IMG/VR virus record: IMGVR_UViG_3300020469_000009
Strand: one strand, 5' to 3'
Length of the DNA: 64,000 bases
Source of the DNA: a virus
Of this stretch, positions 56,814 to 64,000 are shown piece by piece. Position 1 is the first letter of the stretch, and each line of letters begins with the position of its first letter. Made by a program: the position numbers and the translations under genes. The notes under the pieces were generated by a model. It was not told the DNA's origin. It ran no database searches and saw only the letters and a program-made list of their open reading frames with translations.

Positions 56814-57497
56814 ATGCAAACAGGCGATTTTAATAAAGCCGCTGAATTATTAGAAACTACAGCTAATTTTGATATTATAAAGATTAAAGCTGGCCTTGAT
56901 ATTCAAATGTATCAAGAAATTCTAAAAGAAGTAGAAGCTAAATTTCCTTTTTATAAAAAAGATAATCAAGAAACTTATGAAGGTTTAGCCTTGCAGTATT
57001 TTGATGAAGATAATCCTTATTCTGACGGTGTAAATCAAGCTTCAGGTTCTGATAAGTATAGTAGTTATAAAGATGTTGGTTATGAAAAATACTTAAAAAC
57101 TGGTGAAGGACATTTTGATGATTGGCAATATGATAGAAGTAAACTAAACGATGCTGGTAAATTGTTTCAGCCATTTTTTGATTTATGTAAAGAAAAGTTT
57201 CCTGAATTACATTTGTATAGAGCAAGATTATTAAAAACACATCCTAGACATTTTTGTTTAGACCATGTTGATGAACCAAAGTCATTACGAATACACCTAC
57301 CTATTGTATCTAATAAGTGGGCAATAATGTATTTTTTAGATAGACCATATTATTTAAAAGCTGATGGTAGTGTTTACTTATGCAATACTGGTCATAAATT
57401 CCATTCATTCTATAATTTTTCTTCAGGTTTATTTAGAACTCACATTGTTGTAAATGCTAAATTAAAATCAGATATGGGTCAATATGTGGTGGGCTAA
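56814..57497 (+). CDS. Asp/Asn beta-hydroxylase-like Fe(II)/2OG oxygenase
   Basis: RARLL, HVD, RIHLPIVSN, ADGSVY, HSFYN, RTH. Confidence 0.78.
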   Translation: MQTGDFNKAAELLETTANFDIIKIKAGLDIQMYQEILKEVEAKFPFYKKDNQETYEGLALQYFDEDNPYSDGVNQASGSDKYSSYKDVGYEKYLKTGEGHFDDWQYDRSKLNDAGKLFQPFFDLCKEKFPELHLYRARLLKTHPRHFCLDHVDEPKSLRIHLPIVSNKWAIMYFLDRPYYLKADGSVYLCNTGHKFHSFYNFSSGLFRTHIVVNAKLKSDMGQYVVG

Positions 57498-58248
57498 ATT
57501 AGATTTTACAGTTAATGTTGATGCAATGGTAAAGCAGCTGGAAGTTGCTAAAGCTATGTATAAGGCAATATATGATGACCACGGTTATGGACCACAATTT
57601 GGTGGATTGTCTATTTTGTCAGACAATGGTGACCCTCTTAGAGGAATGATATCAGGAAAACAAGCATGGGAAGAAGGAAAAATTAATTTTGAATTGGCAA
57701 TAAAAAAAGGTATCAATTTTGAATATAACTATGATAAGAAAACTAAGTTATGTATAGGAGAAACTGAAAGAGTAATTGATTTACTAGATGATATGGGTAT
57801 GACTCCAAGAAGAGCAAGATATACTGTGCTTAAACCTGGTGGAAAGAGTTCTATACATAATGATTCAAAAAGCGGTGAATATGCTTGTAGGATTCACATA
57901 CCTTTAATTACAAATAAAAAATGTACACACTCTTTATTTTTAGAAGATGGTACAAAGATAGATGAAAAACATTTTCCTGCTGATGGCAGTGTTTACATTA
58001 TGCAAGTAAATAATGTTCACCAAATTATAAATCCTACTGAAAAAGAAAGATGGCATTTTCTGTGTAGTTGTTATGATTCTACAGGATATAGTCCATTTAA
58101 AATATCTAACAATGAGTTAAACACTGTAAAGGTAAAGGCAGAAGCTTTTAAGAATGGTGTAAAATGGACGGAAGGTGGTGGTAAATTATTTGAAGATATT
58201 ACTCATACTTCTCAAGTTCATCAGCCAGACCAGGAAAGTAATACTTAG
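57484..58248 (+). CDS. Asp/Asn beta-hydroxylase-like Fe(II)/2OG oxygenase (paralog)
   Basis: RARY, HND, RIHIPLITN, ADGSVY, HQIIN, RWH. Confidence 0.78.
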   Translation: MWWAKLDFTVNVDAMVKQLEVAKAMYKAIYDDHGYGPQFGGLSILSDNGDPLRGMISGKQAWEEGKINFELAIKKGINFEYNYDKKTKLCIGETERVIDLLDDMGMTPRRARYTVLKPGGKSSIHNDSKSGEYACRIHIPLITNKKCTHSLFLEDGTKIDEKHFPADGSVYIMQVNNVHQIINPTEKERWHFLCSCYDSTGYSPFKISNNELNTVKVKAEAFKNGVKWTEGGGKLFEDITHTSQVHQPDQESNT

Positions 58249-58618
58249 TTCCAACTTTAGCTTGCAGTTCTACAAACTCATCATATGTCATTTCACTAAT
58301 TGTATGTTCTACAGTACCACCGCCAGAATCAGGTATTGATTGTAAGATAGGTTGAATTGTATTTAACATTTCAGTAGCTGAAGATTCATCTTTCATAACA
58401 CGATAAGTGTTCATTTGAAACTCACCATTTTTTCTATCTTTTTCATCTAATAATCTGATAAAGAAAAGCATTTTGTTTTGTTCAACATAACCACCTTGTG
58501 ATTCTAGTAATGCTGATAACTGATCTCTAGACATATGTGAATATATGTATAAACCAAACTCGGCTTCTAAGACTGTTTCGTCACTTGGAACTGATAGTGT
58601 AGTTTTTAATGCATGCAT
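58199..58618 (-). CDS. Hypothetical late protein
   Basis: 139 aa; TATAAATA 4 nt upstream. Confidence 0.65.
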   Translation of the reverse strand: MHALKTTLSVPSDETVLEAEFGLYIYSHMSRDQLSALLESQGGYVEQNKMLFFIRLLDEKDRKNGEFQMNTYRVMKDESSATEMLNTIQPILQSIPDSGGGTVEHTISEMTYDEFVELQAKVGTKYYFPGLADELEKYE

Positions 58619-58630
58619 ACATTATTTATA

Positions 58631-58777
58631 TCATGATTGAAGATACCAGATAACTGCAACTGCTAGAGTTGGTGGAATAATAGCAATGCAAGAAGGTATT
58701 AAAACCATATATAACATTGGATTTTTTAACATCCAATCCATATCATCTTCATGTGTCTTTTTTATTGCCTTTTTCAT
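58631..58777 (-). CDS. Small membrane protein, not in the ORF track
   Basis: Manual translation MKKAIKKTHEDDMDWMLKNPMLYMVLIPSCIAIIPPTLAVAVIWYLQS (48 aa); TATAAT 6 nt upstream. Confidence 0.6.
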   Translation of the reverse strand: MKKAIKKTHEDDMDWMLKNPMLYMVLIPSCIAIIPPTLAVAVIWYLQS

Positions 58778-58825
58778 AGTATAATTATACCAAGCTTCAA
58801 AATAAATAGATTATAAGGTTATAAT

Positions 58826-59506
58826 ATGTTTCCAGCGAAAATAAATTTTGTGTGTTTGAAATATGGCACAAAATATTCATCACAATATGTAAATACACTC
58901 TATAGTATGCTTTCGAGGCATGTTAGTATTCCATTTGAATTACATTGTATGACTGAAGACCCAACCGATATAATACCTGAAATAAAAATTGTTGAGCTTC
59001 CAGACCTAGGTTTAGATAAATGGTGGTGGAAAATGTTAATGTTTAAAGAAGATTTTTTTGAAGATGGTATGTTTTTAGACTTAGATATTATAATCAAAAA
59101 CGATATTACTCATTTATATGCGCCTACTAACTACATGAGAATACTTTATACAAACTGGATAGACTTAGGTGAACAAAAAAAGTGGACAATTGGTGATAAC
59201 TATAAGTATTGTGAATTAAATTCATCAGTGATGTGTTGGGATAAAGATACTAAAAGACAGTTTATATGGGATGACTTTATAGAAAATAGAGATAAGATTT
59301 TATTTTTATATAGAGGAATAGATAATTATTTAGAAAATAGACAAAAAAGAAATATAAGAGTATATCCAAACGATCAAACATTTTGTTATTCATATTGGAA
59401 TTGCGATAAAGATTATAGGCCAGAATCTAGTATAATTCTATTTGACTACAATGAAAAAAAGCAACATCAAATTAGAAAAAAGTGGGTAAAAGAACTATGG
59501 GTCTAA
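58826..59506 (+). CDS. Glycosyltransferase, GT-A fold
   Basis: CLKYGTKY, WWWKM, FLDLD, NSSVM; AATAAATA at 58801-58808. Confidence 0.8.
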   Translation: MFPAKINFVCLKYGTKYSSQYVNTLYSMLSRHVSIPFELHCMTEDPTDIIPEIKIVELPDLGLDKWWWKMLMFKEDFFEDGMFLDLDIIIKNDITHLYAPTNYMRILYTNWIDLGEQKKWTIGDNYKYCELNSSVMCWDKDTKRQFIWDDFIENRDKILFLYRGIDNYLENRQKRNIRVYPNDQTFCYSYWNCDKDYRPESSIILFDYNEKKQHQIRKKWVKELWV

Positions 59507-60144
59507 TGCAACAAACAAAAATGATGGAACTTTTTCCTATTCCTGTATGGGAATGGAGCAGACAATTAGCTGAAATATCTCAAGACTACCCACATCGTAC
59601 AGAAGACTTTGCTAAATCATATTCTAGAAATCAATTTATAGCTAAAACTTGGATGCTAGAAGTTTTAAAAGTATATGTTGATATTGACAGAAGTACTAAA
59701 TGGTGGATTATGGGTTCATGGTATGGTTCAATTACAGTACCACTTATACGAAGTACATTCAAACCAAAAGATAAAATACACTTAGTAGATTTTGATAATG
59801 AAGCTTTAGATATAGCAAAAAAACTACATGGTGATTATGCAATTTCAACACATCATATAGATGTAAACTGGGAGATGAAACGTCTTTCAAAGTTGAAAGC
59901 AGACATTTGGATTAATACTAGTTGTGAACATATGTACCCTTTAACAGAAGAGTTTAATCCAAATGGTCTGTGTGTTTTTCAATCTACTAATTTTGCTAAA
60001 GACCCATCACACATTAATTGTTGTAAAAATTTAGATGAGTTTATTGAACAATGCAATTTTAAAGAAATACTTTATTCAGGAGAAAAACCATTCCATGATT
60101 GGGATGATATTCACAAAAGATTTATGGTAATAGGATATAAATGA
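59497..60144 (+). CDS. Class I SAM-dependent methyltransferase-like protein
   Basis: IMGSWYG, VDFD, INTSCEHM, QST, HINC, RFMVIG. Confidence 0.7.
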   Translation: MGLMQQTKMMELFPIPVWEWSRQLAEISQDYPHRTEDFAKSYSRNQFIAKTWMLEVLKVYVDIDRSTKWWIMGSWYGSITVPLIRSTFKPKDKIHLVDFDNEALDIAKKLHGDYAISTHHIDVNWEMKRLSKLKADIWINTSCEHMYPLTEEFNPNGLCVFQSTNFAKDPSHINCCKNLDEFIEQCNFKEILYSGEKPFHDWDDIHKRFMVIGYK

Positions 60145-60923
60145 TAAATGTATTTACTGTAAGGTGGGGAACTAAATATAGTATAGATTATGTAAATCGT
60201 TTGTACAATATGGTGAAAAGAAATTTAAGAGCTGATTTTAAATTTTACTGCCAAACTGATGATACAAATGGTATGGACACTAATATAGTTGCATTACCTT
60301 TTTTAGATGAATTACCAAACTCAACACCAGAAAAAATGTATGCATCTGAAGAATTTATAACTGGATTACCAAGACTTTGGGATAGACCTAAACTAAATTA
60401 TTGGAAACCAAATGGGTGGGGAATTACTGGACAAAAAATGTATTTTGATTTAGACTTAGTAATTCAAAATAGTTTATTGCCTATCATTAAATTGCATAAA
60501 GACAAACCCTTAATAGGTAGGTCTTGGTGGCATAATATGAATGATGAAAAAAAACCTTTTTGGCTTAAAAATTACGGTGCCAGATGTAATGGTGGTATGA
60601 TGATGTGGAATGATGAACAAGGTAAACCATTATGGCGTGATTTAAAAAAGAATGCTGAAAAGATTTATTTTATATGCACTGGTGGTTCTGATAATTGGAT
60701 TACATATAGACACTTTGATAAATTTGATAAGATACCACCTAAATATTATTACTCTTTTAATAGAGGATGTGAATGGCCACATGATACAGATATGCATAGA
60801 CATAGAAAGAATAAAATAGTATGTGTTTTTAATACTGATGAATATGGTAGAAACAAACACTTTCAATTAGAACTACATCAAGCAGAAAGGAATTACAAAT
60901 GGGTACAAGAGTACTGGCAGTAA
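60141..60923 (+). CDS. Glycosyltransferase, GT-A fold
   Basis: WGTKYS.DYVNRLYNMVKRN, YFDLD, NGGMMMW; paralog of 18217. Confidence 0.8.
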   Translation: MINVFTVRWGTKYSIDYVNRLYNMVKRNLRADFKFYCQTDDTNGMDTNIVALPFLDELPNSTPEKMYASEEFITGLPRLWDRPKLNYWKPNGWGITGQKMYFDLDLVIQNSLLPIIKLHKDKPLIGRSWWHNMNDEKKPFWLKNYGARCNGGMMMWNDEQGKPLWRDLKKNAEKIYFICTGGSDNWITYRHFDKFDKIPPKYYYSFNRGCEWPHDTDMHRHRKNKIVCVFNTDEYGRNKHFQLELHQAERNYKWVQEYWQ

Positions 60924-61567
60924 GAATTGGAGACAAATATGGACCTGAATATGAAGATTATTTAAGGTCTAAAATACCTAATATAGATTTTGTAAGAGTA
61001 TCAGATTGCAGATTTAAACTACAATGGAATAAAGTAGCATTTATGTCATTGCCAACAGAAGACCCAGTTGTTGTAATTGATATTGATATTTTACTTATGA
61101 ATGACTATATGGAATTGATAGATTATCCTATTCAGAAAGGTCAGTTTCTAGGATTGAAGGCGTGGTGGAAAGATACTGCTCATCCTGACTATAGTCTAAA
61201 TGGGGCTTTTTACAAGTATTATCCCAAAGACTGTAAATATATTTACAAGAAATTATGCTCTGATCCTGAGTACTGGATGAACCACTACATTGGACGCGGC
61301 ATAACACATGGTCCAGTGAATGGTGAACAATATTTTGTAGAGGATTCAGTAAAAGAACAGTTAGAACTAATATATGTGCCATCATCTTGGTTTGGTAAAA
61401 TGATTTTAAATCCAGGAAGTGAATGGCTAAATGATTGTAATGACGCGTATCCTGGTGATTATTTTTATGATAATAAAGATGAAGTGTTTAATCCTTCTGT
61501 GAAGCTTGTGCATTTTCAAAAGACACGTTCGCTTCATGAATTATGGAAAACAACTCCACAGGAGTAG
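60899..61567 (+). CDS. Glycosyltransferase, GT-A fold
   Basis: RIGDKYGPEY, QWNK, IDID, NGAFYKY, GEQ, LVHF. Confidence 0.72.
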   Translation: MGTRVLAVRIGDKYGPEYEDYLRSKIPNIDFVRVSDCRFKLQWNKVAFMSLPTEDPVVVIDIDILLMNDYMELIDYPIQKGQFLGLKAWWKDTAHPDYSLNGAFYKYYPKDCKYIYKKLCSDPEYWMNHYIGRGITHGPVNGEQYFVEDSVKEQLELIYVPSSWFGKMILNPGSEWLNDCNDAYPGDYFYDNKDEVFNPSVKLVHFQKTRSLHELWKTTPQE

Positions 61568-62243
61568 ATGCTTTTCTTATTCTTGATTTAATATCTTTAC
61601 TAGCATCTCTTACGGCCGGAATGTCGAATACTTCGATTTTCATTCTAAATAAATCTTCTTGACTGTAGTTTTTGGCCATGTGTTCTACAGATATAGTTGG
61701 TACTTCAACAGGTACCTCTTCTACTTTTTCAATTACTTTTTCTATAACTTCTTTTTCAGATTCAATATTACTACGTAGCTCATGTTCTATCTGAGCTCTT
61801 ATTTCATCTTCATCAATTTGACTATTAAGAATACCGCCAGAGTCTTTCCAGTCTTTAAACTGTTGATATTCTTCTAAAGCTGCTTCTTCAGCTTGCCAAA
61901 AAACCTTTGTATCTTCATCAATATCATCTATTGTGTATTGCTGTAATATTTTTGAAAAGAATGTACCAGGACCAGAAGCATTGGCTGCATGATTTTCTAC
62001 TCTACCCCAACCTTCACTATCAAAGTATTTAGCTTGTACTAAAGTTCTTTCTTCATCTAGCCATCTTACATTTTCAATTGTAAGTTTACCATCAATTAAT
62101 TCTCTTCTTTGACCTTGGTTGTGTAATACAGCTCCACGTTTGACCTGCATCTTTTCACGAGTTGTTTCGTTTCCTTCACGGTCATACATCTGTATATCTG
62201 CCGATGTAAATTCTGGTTTATCTGTTATGTAATCGTCTGACAT
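61488..62243 (-). CDS. Hypothetical late protein
   Basis: 251 aa, acidic; AATAAATA 4 nt upstream; C-terminal LFRMKIEVFD...KSRIRKA. Confidence 0.65.
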   Translation of the reverse strand: MSDDYITDKPEFTSADIQMYDREGNETTREKMQVKRGAVLHNQGQRRELIDGKLTIENVRWLDEERTLVQAKYFDSEGWGRVENHAANASGPGTFFSKILQQYTIDDIDEDTKVFWQAEEAALEEYQQFKDWKDSGGILNSQIDEDEIRAQIEHELRSNIESEKEVIEKVIEKVEEVPVEVPTISVEHMAKNYSQEDLFRMKIEVFDIPAVRDASKDIKSRIRKASTPVELFSIIHEANVSFENAQASQKD

Positions 62244-62256
62244 ATATTATTTATTC

Positions 62257-63252
62257 CTACGCCGGATTAGCAAGCGAGAGATAATAAGTCGCTTGTGCCG
62301 TTGCTGAACCTGACGGTGTTGAAGTTGATGTATAAGTTGGGTCACTAAAAGATTGTGTTTGGTTATCAGTTGTCTGTCTAGTATCAGTGAAAGAACCTCT
62401 ATTTGAACTACCACTTGGAGCGGAAGTCACCACTGAATATTGTAATTTAGATGCTGCTACTTTATTAATAAGTGCAGGAATACATGCTTGGTCTATAAAA
62501 CTTGTGGCTTGGTATGAACCAGTTTCATCAATTGATGCTATTTCTTTTACTACTGTACCATTCCACATTACAGGTTTTATATCACTACCAGGAACTGAAC
62601 CTAATGCTGTTTTTATCCAAAGTTTATGAGTTGTTGTACCAGCTGAATATGTAGTATCACTATGCCAAGTACCACAGTCTACCCAAGTACCACTTCCACC
62701 ATTTGTTGGAGCATTTGTACCTATTCTATATGAACCTACTTCATCACCTGAATACATATCTACTAAACATTGAGAAATAATTTCGTCAAAATAATCATCA
62801 TTATATCCAGATGCTGTTCTAAGTGTAGCAGGTGATACAAATTTTAAGTATGAATATTGGTCATTAGCAGAAAATGATGTACCTAAAGTAGATGCTGACC
62901 TATTTTGATGATATGCATAAGTTGCAACAGTGCTTGTACCTAAACCTGGAAATGAAGGATAGTCATCACCACCAGAGTTATTTCTTGCTTGTGTATTTGC
63001 TTGTTGAGTAGAAGCTGTATCTGTGGCTGAACCAATAGATGTCCAACCAGAAACTGAACCAACATTTAAAGCTCCTGCAGGACCTGTACCAGCAGATGTT
63101 TGTCCGTTTGCAGCATTTACACCAGAAGATGTATGATAATATTGTAGGAAAGATGCATAACGTTTTCGGATATTATATTGTAAACGATCCAACTCGCCGT
63201 CGGTCATTTGTTTCAAGCCTGAAGTTCCGTTTACTTTTAATGGTCTTGCCAT
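62257..63252 (-). CDS. Putative virion structural (tail/baseplate-associated) protein
   Basis: S/T/G-rich; RPL...LKQMTD, GSYRI, RGSFTDT, PSGS...TYYL pattern. Confidence 0.65.
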   Translation of the reverse strand: MARPLKVNGTSGLKQMTDGELDRLQYNIRKRYASFLQYYHTSSGVNAANGQTSAGTGPAGALNVGSVSGWTSIGSATDTASTQQANTQARNNSGGDDYPSFPGLGTSTVATYAYHQNRSASTLGTSFSANDQYSYLKFVSPATLRTASGYNDDYFDEIISQCLVDMYSGDEVGSYRIGTNAPTNGGSGTWVDCGTWHSDTTYSAGTTTHKLWIKTALGSVPGSDIKPVMWNGTVVKEIASIDETGSYQATSFIDQACIPALINKVAASKLQYSVVTSAPSGSSNRGSFTDTRQTTDNQTQSFSDPTYTSTSTPSGSATAQATYYLSLANPA

Positions 63253-63260
63253 AATTTATC

Positions 63261-64000
63261 CTATACTAATAACGACCCTGAAAGAACCGTTAATCCGTTT
63301 ACGTCTTGTATAATTAGTGATTGAGTACTAGAAAAACTCTGACCCGCAACTGAGAGTGATAAAGATTGTGGTGATAATACTGATGTTGAATCAATAGACC
63401 TCCACTCTGCATATCTATATGAACCATCTGAGTCTGTATTATTTGTACCTGGTTTTACTGAGTGTTTAACAATATTCTTTTCTGTTCTTTCTGCTGAAGA
63501 CATATCCAATGCTTTATTTTGTGCAGTTGGATCATCAATTAAAGTAGCATCTAAGAAATAAATTTCTGCAGCTCTAAATCCAGCAAATGTTCTACCTGTT
63601 TCAGACTGTTTGTTTATAATTTCTATTACAAGCCCATCAAAATGTGCATCGGTATCTGTACCAGTTCTTACAACTATGTTTCTACCATCTGAATCATCAG
63701 TTGTTGGTAGATAAATTCTCTTACCAAATAAATCAGAGTCATGCTCTGAATCATACATAACTGATATAAAGTTATATCCTGTTCCTCTAGGAGAACCATC
63801 TGAATCTGAATCATAAACACCCATAAGACCTGAACCAAATGAGTTTCTTTGAATTGCTGTACCTTTTCTACCTGCTCTTGTTGCATAGTCAGAATCATTT
63901 AATAAGTTAACAATTTTTCTAGCAACCCTTGCTTCTGAATCTCCTACATCAATTTGTAATACTTTATCTTCTGAATCAGCTGCAGTTTGATTTACTAATG
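63261..64000 (-). CDS. C-terminal part of a DSD/DSE-rich putative structural (fibre-like) protein, truncated by the window edge
   Basis: Frame stays open upstream of the track's ATG 63824 to the window end (LVNQTAADSEDKVLQIDVGDSEARVARKIVNLLNDSDYATRAGRKG...). Confidence 0.7.
   Translation of the reverse strand, partial: LVNQTAADSEDKVLQIDVGDSEARVARKIVNLLNDSDYATRAGRKGTAIQRNSFGSGLMGVYDSDSDGSPRGTGYNFISVMYDSEHDSDLFGKRIYLPTTDDSDGRNIVVRTGTDTDAHFDGLVIEIINKQSETGRTFAGFRAAEIYFLDATLIDDPTAQNKALDMSSAERTEKNIVKHSVKPGTNNTDSDGSYRYAEWRSIDSTSVLSPQSLSLSVAGQSFSSTQSLIIQDVNGLTVLSGSLLV

Noticed and set aside
202-63898. Many short opposite-strand or alternate-frame ORFs in the track (e.g. 202..528, 1930..2202, 38117..38494, 44827..45174)
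   Set aside because: They are shadows of well-supported genes, Ser/Phe/Leu-rich mirrors of K/E-rich codons, with no RBS or motifs.

Overview
64 kb of an AT-rich T4-like myovirus genome, with a gene repertoire like marine T4-like phages of heterotrophic bacteria; the host cannot be determined from this window. Core modules: replication and nucleotide metabolism (nrdA 5' end, gp61 primase, gp43, regA, gp62/44/45, thyX, dCMP deaminase), recombination and late transcription (gp46/47, gp55, uvsW, uvsY), phoH, and head/tail genes (gp3, 23, 22, 21, 68, 67, 13, 20, 19, 18, 17, 16). Two large accessory islands (about 13.1-25.1 kb and 48.8-61.6 kb) encode a GDP-sugar pathway (Gmd, ColD-type dehydratase, PMI cupin), about 9 glycosyltransferase-like proteins, a FabF-like ketosynthase, two SDRs, two TauD-like and four other Fe/2OG-type oxygenases, three GNAT-like proteins, a sulfotransferase, a PP-loop enzyme, a methyltransferase and a fatty-acid desaturase; several lie behind gp55-type late promoters. 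Main observations: (1) virion proteins are enriched in a D-S-[D/E] tripeptide, a candidate target for a phage-encoded virion modification system (inference); (2) the protein next to primase carries a 32-aa ungapped copy of the major capsid protein cleavage site and mature N-arm (20/32 identical); (3) a late-promoter-driven glutamine-riboswitch-like RNA with a large nested insertion precedes a YRG-motif peptide; (4) a GMP-reductase homolog lacks its catalytic loop; (5) many genes appear to be leaderless. No tRNA, rRNA, CRISPR array, intron or intein was recognised. All calls come from motif recognition by eye; no database searches were run.
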